A DNA stretch of 29,192 nt. Source: a virus. Lineage: Duplodnaviria > Caudoviricetes. Below, one piece after another: positions 8,308-16,068 of this stretch; the first letter of the stretch is position 1, and every line of letters begins with the position of its first letter. The notes under the pieces were generated by a model. That model did no database searches, had not been told where the DNA came from, and saw nothing but the letters and a program-made list of their open reading frames with translations. The position numbers and the translations under genes were made by a program. The stretch covers positions 1 through 29,192 of the IMG/VR virus record IMGVR_UViG_3300042898_000606. One strand, written 5' to 3'.

Positions 8308-8321
8308 TTGAGAAGGTATGA
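8178..8321 (+). CDS. hypothetical protein, 47 aa (MYRLLYYYENRLSESYDFPSKALCHWQ...)
   Basis: Manually translated; its stop is ATGA-coupled to the HNH gene. Confidence 0.6.
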   Translation: MYRLLYYYENRLSESYDFPSKALCHWQLNKFRAAGTHIYGHFVIEKV

Positions 8322-8926
8322 GACAAGATAAAATACTAGCAATACTCTACCCATACATCCCAGCTAAAGTGCTAGGTGAGTATCTAGGGTTGACTGCATC
8401 CCAAGTGTACAATAGAACGTACAGCAGAAAGATAAAAAAAGACCCTAAAACAAAGAAAGCAATAAACAGGGCCCTGATATTAAACGCAGGTACGCACACT
8501 AGGTATCCTAAAGGTCATGTGCCATTCAATAAAGGTACTAAATGTCCTAATCTACTGCTAACTAATGCAGCTGCTACGATGTTTAAGAAAGGCAACAAGC
8601 CATTCAATACTAGGGAGGCCAATGCAACTAGCATACGTAAGGACTCAACAGGTAGATTGTATCACTACAGTAAGATAGCAGATAGCAAATGGGTATTAAC
8701 GCACCGGTTGATGTGGGAACAGGCTAATGGACCAATCCCTCCTAAGCACATAGTGAGATTTATTGATGGCAACACCATGAACTTAGAACTGAGCAACCTG
8801 GAATGCATCCCAATGAGTGAGAATGCCAACCGTAACACTATACACAGGTTTCCTGATGACCTAAAAAAAGTAATCAGACTTAAAGCAAAATTAAACAAAC
8901 ACATAAAAAACAAAACAAATGGCTAG
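8318..8926 (+). CDS. HNH endonuclease-domain protein with N-terminal HTH and FKKG repeats
   Basis: HRLMWE...GPIP...FIDGNTMNLELSNL...N (HNH_3-like); repeats RYPKGHVPFN and MFKKGNKPFN. Confidence 0.85.
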   Translation: MRQDKILAILYPYIPAKVLGEYLGLTASQVYNRTYSRKIKKDPKTKKAINRALILNAGTHTRYPKGHVPFNKGTKCPNLLLTNAAATMFKKGNKPFNTREANATSIRKDSTGRLYHYSKIADSKWVLTHRLMWEQANGPIPPKHIVRFIDGNTMNLELSNLECIPMSENANRNTIHRFPDDLKKVIRLKAKLNKHIKNKTNG

Positions 8927-9164
8927 AAATGGAATGAACGATCTACGTGATCACCTCTTTGCAGCACTCGAGAGATTAAATGATGAGGAGCTAACATCTG
9001 AGCAACTGACTACGGAGGTAGAAAAGGCACAGGCAATTTCTAACCTATCCAACTCTGTGATAAACAGTGCTAAGGCTGAGGTAGACTTCATGAAAGCTAC
9101 CGGTATGATAGCTACTACAAGCAACCTATTCAAGGGTGTTAATGACCCTAAAAGATTAGACTAA
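8919..9164 (+). CDS. conserved phage protein (DLRDHLFAALERL family), commonly adjacent to this HNH type
   Basis: Helical 81-aa protein with a recognisable N-terminal motif. Confidence 0.7.
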   Translation: MARNGMNDLRDHLFAALERLNDEELTSEQLTTEVEKAQAISNLSNSVINSAKAEVDFMKATGMIATTSNLFKGVNDPKRLD

Positions 9165-9358
9165 TGAACCAACACAAAATATACAGGGTGCTAAGGCTCC
9201 TGCAGATGCTACAGGAAAAGCCCAGGACTGTAATGGGAATGGCTAGGTACTTAGGTACAAGTGAACGCACAGCATACAGGTACCTTAAGCTATTTGAAAA
9301 GCTAGAGTATAACGTAAAACGAGATAATTACTACAAATATTACATTGAGAAAAAATGA
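9164..9358 (+). CDS. winged HTH DNA-binding protein (HTH_11-like)
   Basis: TVMGMARYLGTSERTAYRYL. Confidence 0.8.
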   Translation: MNQHKIYRVLRLLQMLQEKPRTVMGMARYLGTSERTAYRYLKLFEKLEYNVKRDNYYKYYIEKK

Positions 9359-9852
9359 GAGGAGAAATAGATGAGACAGTATTCGAGCTCACAAAGCTAC
9401 AGAATGAGGACCTAATGAAACTAATCCTGGACTACCAACTAAACACACCTAGTAGAGTAGAGATATCAGCATATAAGAGGTACTACCTGTACAACTATAT
9501 GTACAACTACCGGCACATGACCCTGAGCATGATAGGTAAATTCTTTAACCGCGATCATAGCTCAGTTATTCATGGCATGAAAGAGCATAGCTATTGGTAT
9601 GGTAGAAAAGATGAGAGATACCTCAAGTACATTCACCCATTACCTGACCTAATCAAACAGAAAAGGGATGATATTAATATCTTTGATGTCAGTGTCATGC
9701 CGATGTGTGACGAAGAGGCAAGGGTAACAATCACAGGAAATATGCCGCCAAAGTTATTAACAAAATTTCAGGATAAGATGACTGTATCCGATATAGTAGC
9801 TATCTTTGAGGACCATAATTTTTTAAGGGTTAATATGGGGGAGGGGGTTTAG
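9355..9852 (+). CDS. protein with DnaA domain IV-like (Bac_DnaA_C) HTH
   Basis: TLSMIGKFFNRDHSSVIHG resembles the DnaA signature SLxxIGxxFxRDHTTV. Confidence 0.75.
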   Translation: MRGEIDETVFELTKLQNEDLMKLILDYQLNTPSRVEISAYKRYYLYNYMYNYRHMTLSMIGKFFNRDHSSVIHGMKEHSYWYGRKDERYLKYIHPLPDLIKQKRDDINIFDVSVMPMCDEEARVTITGNMPPKLLTKFQDKMTVSDIVAIFEDHNFLRVNMGEGV

Positions 9853-9866
9853 GCTCCCTCTTTTTT
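9801..9866 (+). ncRNA. putative ~50-nt small RNA (TATCTTTG -7 element, antisense core, terminator)
   Basis: TATCTTTG at 9801-9808; core 9813-9835 complementary to the leaders at 7491-7517 and 13276-13295; hairpin plus T6 at 9841-9866. Confidence 0.45.
9841..9866 (+). terminator. intrinsic terminator
   Basis: GAGGGGGTT-TA-GGCTCCCTC followed by TTTTTT. Confidence 0.75.
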
Positions 9867-9867
9867 A

Positions 9868-10050
9868 TGACCGTATGACGATGTGACGATACTCTTATAG
9901 GGGGTACTTAATATATAGAGCACTAAAAAAGTTTTCGTTCTGGAAAATTTATCGTCTTATCGTCATGAAATAGCTGAAACCCAATACAGCACTAGTTTAT
10001 AGCCGTGACGATGATTTTATTTTATCGTCATTAGTTGGAATTTATTGTCA
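9868..10050. other. putative replication origin with TGACGAT/ATCGTCA iterons
   Basis: Copies at 9876, 9884 and 10006 (TGACGAT) and at 9951, 9959, 10024 and 10044 (inverted, some with 1 mismatch) in the non-coding gap before the primase-helicase. Confidence 0.7.
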
Positions 10051-10063
10051 TTTATTATATTTG
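10034..10063 (+). promoter_or_regulatory. host-sigma promoter for primase operon (GTTG-N18-TATATTTG)
   Basis: The -7 element ends 6 nt before ATG 10070, implying a leaderless or near-leaderless mRNA. Confidence 0.65.
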
Positions 10064-10069
10064 TAACCT

Positions 10070-12385
10070 ATGTTTAACCCTAAAATATCAGTTTTCAGGA
10101 GTTTGTACAACTCAAAGGAAACGCCATTCACACTTGAGGCCATAGAAGTGTACAACAGAATCAAGCAAGGTAACCCCGAGCTGATTAATAAGATAAAGAA
10201 ACTAAGAGCAGGAGATGCGGAAAGCAAAATGCAGCTCATGGCTATCATGTTCAACGGCACATTTAGTGAGCGTAAAGATGATGGCCTGATACAGCACTCA
10301 GGATTGTGCGTGCTGGATTTTGACAAGTATCCTGATAAGGAAACTTTGACAGCAGAACGGAACAGGCTCAAGGAATGCCCCTATGTGTACATGATGTTCA
10401 CTTCTCCCAGTGGTAATGGACTCAAGGTAGTTATCCGTACACCTGAGAGCAATAAGTTTGAGCACAAGCGTAGATTTGAGGCATACAAGGAATACATTAA
10501 TAGTGATTATTTTGACGTGGCCAATAGCAATGTGTCAAGGGTATGCTTTGAAAGCTACGACCCTGATGCCTACCTCAACGAGTTCTGTGATGTGTTCCAA
10601 GGAATTACCCAGGATAAAGGATATCACAAGGCAGAAAAGATTGCAGTGCTCCCCATTGCTAATGAGGACCGTATCATTGAGCTTGTCATGAAGTTTAACC
10701 ATGGCATATTTGAAGAGGGTAGGAATAATTGGACCTTTAAAGTTGCCTGCTGCATGGCGGAGTATGGGGTAGACCAGTATGCCGCTAAGAATTACCTCTT
10801 GCAATATGCACAGGAGGACTTTACAGCCACTGAAATAAACTACACTGTTATCAATGCATACAAAAGTAGCAACTTTAACACTAAGTACTTTGAGGATACA
10901 TACACCGTTAACAAGGTCAAGCTAAAATTAAAGGAAGGCCTTAAGGATGAGGACATCCAAAAGCAGTTAGGCGTATCAGGTAACATCATTGAATCAGTTA
11001 AAGAGGAGGTACAGAACTCAGATGATGTATTCTGGCAGGCAGATGGAAAGAAAATTACTATCGTACCGCATGACTATGCTAAATTCCTGCACAAGCATGG
11101 CTTTGCTAAGTACTATCCGGAACGGAGTAACAAGCCTACCTATGTTTATATTGAAGAGAATAAGGTATCTGAGAGCTCAGTGGAGCTAATCAAAGATTTT
11201 GTACTCAAGTACTGCCTTGCTAAGGGTGAACTTGACGTATATAACCACTGTGCTAAGTCAGCAAATTTGTTTACTGAATCACACCTTAATATGCTAGAGT
11301 CTATTGATATGTGTATCCTGCAGGATACAAGGCATGTATCTTACATCCCATTCAATAACGGAGTGGTCCAAGTATCCAAGGACAAAGTAGAGCTACTTAG
11401 CTACATTGATATAGATGGGTACATTTGGAGGGAGCAGATAATCAAAAGAAATTATACCAAAATCGCGATTCACGATAATAACTTCCAAGATTTTGTACAC
11501 AAGGTATCAGCCCAGGATGAGCAGCGTATAAAAGCAATGGAGTCAACACTAGGATACCTCATCCATACATTTAAAGATAAGACAGACCAAAAGGCAATCA
11601 TCTTTAATGACCAAGAGATAGATGATAACCCTAACGGAGGGAGTGGTAAGAGCTTAATGTTAACTGCCATTGGGAATATCCGTAAGATTATAAAGATAGA
11701 TGGTAAGGCATATAACCCATCAAAGAATGATTTTGTGTACCAACGGGTTAATATAGATACTCAGGTGCTTGCATTTGATGATGTTAAAAAACACTTTGAC
11801 TTTGAGCAGTTATTCTCCCTAATCACTGAGGGGATACCGGTCAACAGAAAAAACAAGGATGAGATATACATACCATTCGAGCGAAGCCCTAAGATAGTTA
11901 TCACTACCAACTATGTGATTAGTGGGGCAGGTACCTCACATGATCGTAGGAGGCATGAAATAGAGTTCTTTCAGTACTTTAATAGTCAACGTAACCCACA
12001 GGATGAGTACGGTAAGTTACTTTTTGATGAGTGGAGTAAAGATGAGTGGTCACACTTTGATAACTACATGCTATCTAACCTACAGATGTACCTCCAGAAT
12101 GGATTGGTGAGAAGTGTATCTATCAATGCAGATGCTAAGCGGTTTATTCAGAACACCTGTAAGGAATTCTATGACTTTGTTATGGATGGAAATATAGCCC
12201 TTAATGTAAACTACTATAATAAATCATGCATGGAAGCATTCCAATCTGATACTAATGGCTTCAAGGACCTAGATAGCAGGAAGTTTATCAAATGGGTGCA
12301 AGCCTACGCTAGTTATAAAAATTATAAATTCACAAAAAACAGAAACCAAAATGGCAGATATTTTGAAATCACTCTTGTTGATTAG
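10070..12385 (+). CDS. primase-helicase (BT4734/VirE-N-like primase, PriCT, SF3-type helicase)
   Basis: FNGTF, LDFD, SPSGNGLK, SRVCFESYDP; EGRNN (PriCT); Walker A GGSGKS, Walker B LAFDD, motif C ITTN, and DRRR. Confidence 0.9.
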   Translation: MFNPKISVFRSLYNSKETPFTLEAIEVYNRIKQGNPELINKIKKLRAGDAESKMQLMAIMFNGTFSERKDDGLIQHSGLCVLDFDKYPDKETLTAERNRLKECPYVYMMFTSPSGNGLKVVIRTPESNKFEHKRRFEAYKEYINSDYFDVANSNVSRVCFESYDPDAYLNEFCDVFQGITQDKGYHKAEKIAVLPIANEDRIIELVMKFNHGIFEEGRNNWTFKVACCMAEYGVDQYAAKNYLLQYAQEDFTATEINYTVINAYKSSNFNTKYFEDTYTVNKVKLKLKEGLKDEDIQKQLGVSGNIIESVKEEVQNSDDVFWQADGKKITIVPHDYAKFLHKHGFAKYYPERSNKPTYVYIEENKVSESSVELIKDFVLKYCLAKGELDVYNHCAKSANLFTESHLNMLESIDMCILQDTRHVSYIPFNNGVVQVSKDKVELLSYIDIDGYIWREQIIKRNYTKIAIHDNNFQDFVHKVSAQDEQRIKAMESTLGYLIHTFKDKTDQKAIIFNDQEIDDNPNGGSGKSLMLTAIGNIRKIIKIDGKAYNPSKNDFVYQRVNIDTQVLAFDDVKKHFDFEQLFSLITEGIPVNRKNKDEIYIPFERSPKIVITTNYVISGAGTSHDRRRHEIEFFQYFNSQRNPQDEYGKLLFDEWSKDEWSHFDNYMLSNLQMYLQNGLVRSVSINADAKRFIQNTCKEFYDFVMDGNIALNVNYYNKSCMEAFQSDTNGFKDLDSRKFIKWVQAYASYKNYKFTKNRNQNGRYFEITLVD

Positions 12386-12587
12386 TATACTAACAGGGTG
12401 CAAGAGCTCGCAAAAATGCGATGCATACGGATACATTAAGATGGAAAAATACGACTACATTCAGGTAGTTGGCTACACTGATACCATTCCTACCTTTGGT
12501 GAGACATGGATGCAGCTTCCCAAGGGTGAATACCAGGTGAAAGCATGGAAAGAGAATCAGGAGTACTTATTGCATGTCAAACTATGA
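12351..12587 (+). CDS. small lipoprotein
   Basis: Signal peptide with lipobox ILTGC. Confidence 0.65.
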   Translation: MADILKSLLLISILTGCKSSQKCDAYGYIKMEKYDYIQVVGYTDTIPTFGETWMQLPKGEYQVKAWKENQEYLLHVKL

Positions 12588-13039
12588 AAAAAGAATATAA
12601 GGCACTGCTCCATGAGCTGAAGCTGCAACGCTATGCCATTACTCACCCGAATTACCCACAAGATTATATACCTAAAACAATGTACAAAGATTCAACGGCC
12701 AATGGCCTAACCAGAGCTATCTGTGATTATATTAATTACAATGGCTATCAGGCAGAACGCATTAACACAATGGGTACAGCAAGAGAAAAAAAGACCACAG
12801 CCGGTAAGGTGATCGGGGTAACCTGGACTAAAGGCACCTCAACTGCAGGGAGTGCCGATATATCTGCTACCATTAAGGGGCGCTCAGTTAAAATAGAGGT
12901 CAAGATAAAAGATAGACAATCTGAAGCTCAGAAAAGATACCAAGAACATATAGAAAAAGCAGGAGGTATCTATATAATTGCTAAGGACTTTGATAGTTTT
13001 GTAGAGTGGTACAATAAATTCATACAGTCATGCAATTAG
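12584..13039 (+). CDS. VRR-NUC (PD-D/ExK) nuclease / Holliday junction resolvase-like
   Basis: GSADI...IEVK...QSEAQ; likely start is the ATGA-coupled ATG at 12584. Confidence 0.85.
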   Translation: MKKEYKALLHELKLQRYAITHPNYPQDYIPKTMYKDSTANGLTRAICDYINYNGYQAERINTMGTAREKKTTAGKVIGVTWTKGTSTAGSADISATIKGRSVKIEVKIKDRQSEAQKRYQEHIEKAGGIYIIAKDFDSFVEWYNKFIQSCN

Positions 13040-13245
13040 ATCCCGATATACTAGATAGGATGATAGATGAGCTATCATTTACCCCAGAACAGCTCAAAGA
13101 ATTAGGTATGAAGTTTTGGATAAGTTCAGATTATGAGTTTATCCTAGATGATTATGATGGCTTTGCAGTTAATAAGAGCCCATTACTAAAAGGGGATACA
13201 ATATATTTTTGTACTGAGTATAAATTTTTATTGCAATTTGTATAG
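13030..13245 (+). CDS. hypothetical protein
   Basis: 71-aa ORF overlapping the previous stop. Confidence 0.6.
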   Translation: MQLDPDILDRMIDELSFTPEQLKELGMKFWISSDYEFILDDYDGFAVNKSPLLKGDTIYFCTEYKFLLQFV

Positions 13246-13262
13246 TTAGTGCAATTAATTTG

Positions 13263-13270
13263 TATATTTG
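13263..13270 (+). promoter_or_regulatory. host-sigma -7 element (TATATTTG) for the recombination operon
   Basis: Intergenic, 22 nt before ATG 13293; TTTG at 13237-13240. Confidence 0.65.
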
Positions 13271-13292
13271 TAGAAATTAACACCTTAAAATT

Positions 13293-13835
13293 ATGACAAC
13301 AGTTAAAAAACAAGCAGCTGAGCAAACAGCACCCGAGGTAATTACCCTCAACATCTACCAAAAACTGCACCTAGCTAAGCAGTCAATGGGTAAGGTCATT
13401 AAGAATGCTACTAACCCACATTTCAAACGCAGTTACGCTGATATTAACAGCATCATTGAGACTGTTGAGCCTATCTTATTAGATTGTGGATTGCTACTAT
13501 TGCAACCCGTAAGAGATGGTAAAGTATTCACTGAGATAATTGATATTGAAACAGGAGATAGTATGGAAAGTTCACTTGAATTACCTGCTATTATAGACCC
13601 TCAGAAGCTACTTAGCTGCATTACTTACTACCGTAGAGGTACACTAGTTAGTTTACTTTCCCTGCAAGCTATTGATGATGATGGTGAGACCGCAAGCAAG
13701 GCACCCAAGGCAAAGCCTACGTTGGATGGGGATAGATGGACCAAGGCATTCAATGCAGTGAAGAGTGGTAAATTCACACCTGAGCAGATTAAAGAGATGT
13801 ATAACCTAACAAAAGAGCAGGAGGCACAACTATGA
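13293..13835 (+). CDS. erf: ERF-family single-strand annealing protein
   Basis: KNATNPHFKRSYA, GLLLLQP, SCITYYRR and DDDG motifs. Confidence 0.9.
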   Translation: MTTVKKQAAEQTAPEVITLNIYQKLHLAKQSMGKVIKNATNPHFKRSYADINSIIETVEPILLDCGLLLLQPVRDGKVFTEIIDIETGDSMESSLELPAIIDPQKLLSCITYYRRGTLVSLLSLQAIDDDGETASKAPKAKPTLDGDRWTKAFNAVKSGKFTPEQIKEMYNLTKEQEAQL

Positions 13836-14101
13836 TACTACCTAACAAAAAGCAGTTAAAAGAAATGCAATATCTTAGTGTTCGTAGGAAAGAAGATAAG
13901 CAGTGGCTAGACCAGTTAGCTAATGAATACGGATGCAGCATAGAGGATGCATGGAAATTGTATGTAGAGAGTGATAACGAATACATCTATCTTAATGAAA
14001 ATTTTGGGTTCTCAATTAATGAAATTAAAGTTATCCCTGAGGATTGGGATGGTGGATGCCAACATATTTATAGATGTGCTGCTAATATCATTAAGCTATG
14101 A
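13832..14101 (+). CDS. hypothetical protein
   Basis: ATGA-coupled at both ends. Confidence 0.7.
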   Translation: MILPNKKQLKEMQYLSVRRKEDKQWLDQLANEYGCSIEDAWKLYVESDNEYIYLNENFGFSINEIKVIPEDWDGGCQHIYRCAANIIKL

Positions 14102-14721
14102 AGTTCAGAGCATCATCATTAGGAAAATTAATGACCTCCTCCCGTACTAAGGGGGAGGCATTGAGCCAAACAGCTAAGAGCTATATCATCCAAAAGGCTA
14201 AAGAGGATTTCTTTGAGTATCGGAGTGAGCTCAACAGCAAGTACATAACCAAAGGATTAGCCCAGGAGCAGGACAGTATCGACCTACTTAACTTGGTTAG
14301 GCTAGAGGACTACAAAAAGAATGAGGAGAGGGTAGAGAATGAGTGGCTATCCGGGTGCTGTGATATTATCACTGAGACAAGTATCATAGATATTAAAACC
14401 TCGTGGTCTTTAGATACGTTTCCTGCCACTAACTATGAGCTCAAGGACCTATCTGACTATGAATGGCAAGGACGTGCTTACATGTGGCTATATGACATGC
14501 CATCTTTCGAGCTGTGCTATGTAATGGTAACTACTGCTCCTGAGATTATGGGTGACTATGAGAATGGAGCTCTGCACTATGTAGATCATATTGCACCTGA
14601 GAAGCGTATCACATCCATTACCTTTGCTAGAGATAAGGAGATAGAGATACAAATGGCTGAGAGATTAATTTTAGCTAATGAGTTCTATAACGAAGTATTA
14701 AACCAATTAAAAAATAAATAA
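14098..14721 (+). CDS. YqaJ / lambda-exonuclease-like 5'-3' exonuclease
   Basis: RASSLG, KGxxQE, GCCD, IDIKTS and YEWQGRAYM motifs. Confidence 0.85.
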   Translation: MKFRASSLGKLMTSSRTKGEALSQTAKSYIIQKAKEDFFEYRSELNSKYITKGLAQEQDSIDLLNLVRLEDYKKNEERVENEWLSGCCDIITETSIIDIKTSWSLDTFPATNYELKDLSDYEWQGRAYMWLYDMPSFELCYVMVTTAPEIMGDYENGALHYVDHIAPEKRITSITFARDKEIEIQMAERLILANEFYNEVLNQLKNK

Positions 14722-14722
14722 A

Positions 14723-15034
14723 ATGAAAACACAAAAAGAAATTGTAATGCATAAACTAAATGCAAAAAGATTTAAAAAAAATAACTTGTATTCTACAAAG
14801 AAAATATCTAGTATCCTTGGAATAACAAATAATAAAATGTTGAGAAATGGAAACTTAAATATTTCTTTAAAAAATAGCCCTGAGTGGAGACATGAATACC
14901 GTAGAATGTGGACGTATATAGGGCCTGAGATTAAAAATACAATAGCATCGACATTACCTAAAAAACAAGTAATAAAAACAAAACCTAAACGAAGAGAGAT
15001 ATCTTTATTTTGGGGATTAATATCTATAAGATGA
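14723..15034 (+). CDS. hypothetical basic protein
   Basis: Lys-rich ORF encoded by conspicuously A-rich DNA. Confidence 0.6.
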   Translation: MKTQKEIVMHKLNAKRFKKNNLYSTKKISSILGITNNKMLRNGNLNISLKNSPEWRHEYRRMWTYIGPEIKNTIASTLPKKQVIKTKPKRREISLFWGLISIR

Positions 15035-15243
15035 ACATAACACACGAAAACGAAATAAAGCAAGAGGATAGCATCCTAGTAGCAGTGATGGCTAAGTACT
15101 ATGAACGGAGTAAGAGGGGGCAGCAGAAGTACGGTACTAACCTAGATAGGAAAGATGTTGACCTGGAGGGATGGCTTAACCATCTACAGGAGGAGCTGAT
15201 GGATGCTACTCTTTATATTGAGAAATTAAAGAAAGAGATATGA
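15031..15243 (+). CDS. small all-alpha protein, MazG/NTP-pyrophosphohydrolase-like
   Basis: GQQKYG...WLNHLQEELMDATLY; ATGA-coupled start at 15031. Confidence 0.5.
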   Translation: MNITHENEIKQEDSILVAVMAKYYERSKRGQQKYGTNLDRKDVDLEGWLNHLQEELMDATLYIEKLKKEI

Positions 15244-15452
15244 AACAAACAGCAGTAGAATGGTTGGTTGAAGAGTTTAAAGAAAAACTAACAGGAAATA
15301 ATTTACCTAATTGGGTTTTAGATGTTATCCAACAAGCCAAAGAAATGGAGAAGCAACAGATAATAAATGCTAATAACAGAGGTTGGAAAGTTGCAAGAGA
15401 AAGCATTTATGAACTAGGAGAACAATATTACAATAAAACCTTTAAGGGGTAA
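15240..15452 (+). CDS. hypothetical protein (MKQTAVEWL family)
   Basis: Recognisable MKQTAVEWL, QAKEMEKQQI and EQYYNKTF motifs. Confidence 0.75.
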   Translation: MKQTAVEWLVEEFKEKLTGNNLPNWVLDVIQQAKEMEKQQIINANNRGWKVARESIYELGEQYYNKTFKG

Positions 15453-15491
15453 AAATTACCCTCGATTAACAATAAGGGGTAAAAATTGCCC
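15443..15491. repeat. two 19-bp direct repeats TAAGGGGTAAAAATTRCCC, each palindromic
   Basis: 15443-15461 and 15473-15491, period 30 bp. Confidence 0.85.
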
Positions 15492-15512
15492 CTTTAACTA
15501 AATAGAAATGAT

Positions 15513-15734
15513 ATGAAAGCAACACTTGAATTTAACTTACCTGATGAGCAGGCAGAACACTACTGTGCCATCAAAGGCCAGGATATGCTAAATGTACTAT
15601 GGGAGCTCAAATCAGAGCTCCGTAGTATGTTGAAGTATGGTGAGCTACCTGATGCACAATATGAGATAGTAGAGAAGATACAGGACTTCCTAATGAGTAG
15701 CCTAGATGATAACGATGTAAACCTAAATAAATGA
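15513..15734 (+). CDS. hypothetical conserved phage protein (MKATLEFNLP family)
   Basis: 73-aa ORF with A-rich leader. Confidence 0.75.
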   Translation: MKATLEFNLPDEQAEHYCAIKGQDMLNVLWELKSELRSMLKYGELPDAQYEIVEKIQDFLMSSLDDNDVNLNK

Positions 15735-15979
15735 GATACCCTATTATTTTCTTATCAGCTCTAGTCATTGAGATATGCAGCACCTTTTACATTAGGTTTG
15801 TATCTGAGGGCAATGCACCAGGTATGATATTCTTTGCAGCCATTGGCCCATTCCTTGGGCTCCCATTCCTAACCTACATGATAGAGGCTACTAATTGGAA
15901 TGAAAGGATATTGAATGCTGTAGCACTGAGTGCAGGATATATCACAGGAACAGTAATAGTAATAACTTTAATAAAATGA
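15731..15979 (+). CDS. small membrane protein (3 hydrophobic segments)
   Basis: Hydrophobic pattern; ATGA-coupled. Confidence 0.7.
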   Translation: MRYPIIFLSALVIEICSTFYIRFVSEGNAPGMIFFAAIGPFLGLPFLTYMIEATNWNERILNAVALSAGYITGTVIVITLIK

Positions 15980-16068
15980 TTATATTAGCAGCAATTTTAA
16001 TAGCCCCTGCCATAGTGTGGGGGTGGATAAGCACAATTAACTACATCAAATACATAAACCATGAGTAA
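15976..16068 (+). CDS. small membrane peptide, 30 aa (MIILAAILIAPAIVWGWISTINYIKYINHE)
   Basis: Manually translated; fills the gap and overlaps both neighbours. Confidence 0.6.
   Translation: MIILAAILIAPAIVWGWISTINYIKYINHE

Noticed and set aside
8318-8926. Intron- or intein-associated homing endonuclease
   Set aside because: Free-standing and translationally coupled to both neighbours; no interrupted gene.
9757-9816. 19-codon minus-strand ORF (MVLKDSYYIG...) behind the leader-like sequence
   Set aside because: Alternative explanation for the antisense core, but it is very short, antisense to a real gene, and the promoter and terminator point to the plus strand; not strictly excluded.
15443-15491. 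CRISPR mini-array
   Set aside because: Only two 19-bp repeats with an 11-bp spacer, and no cas genes.
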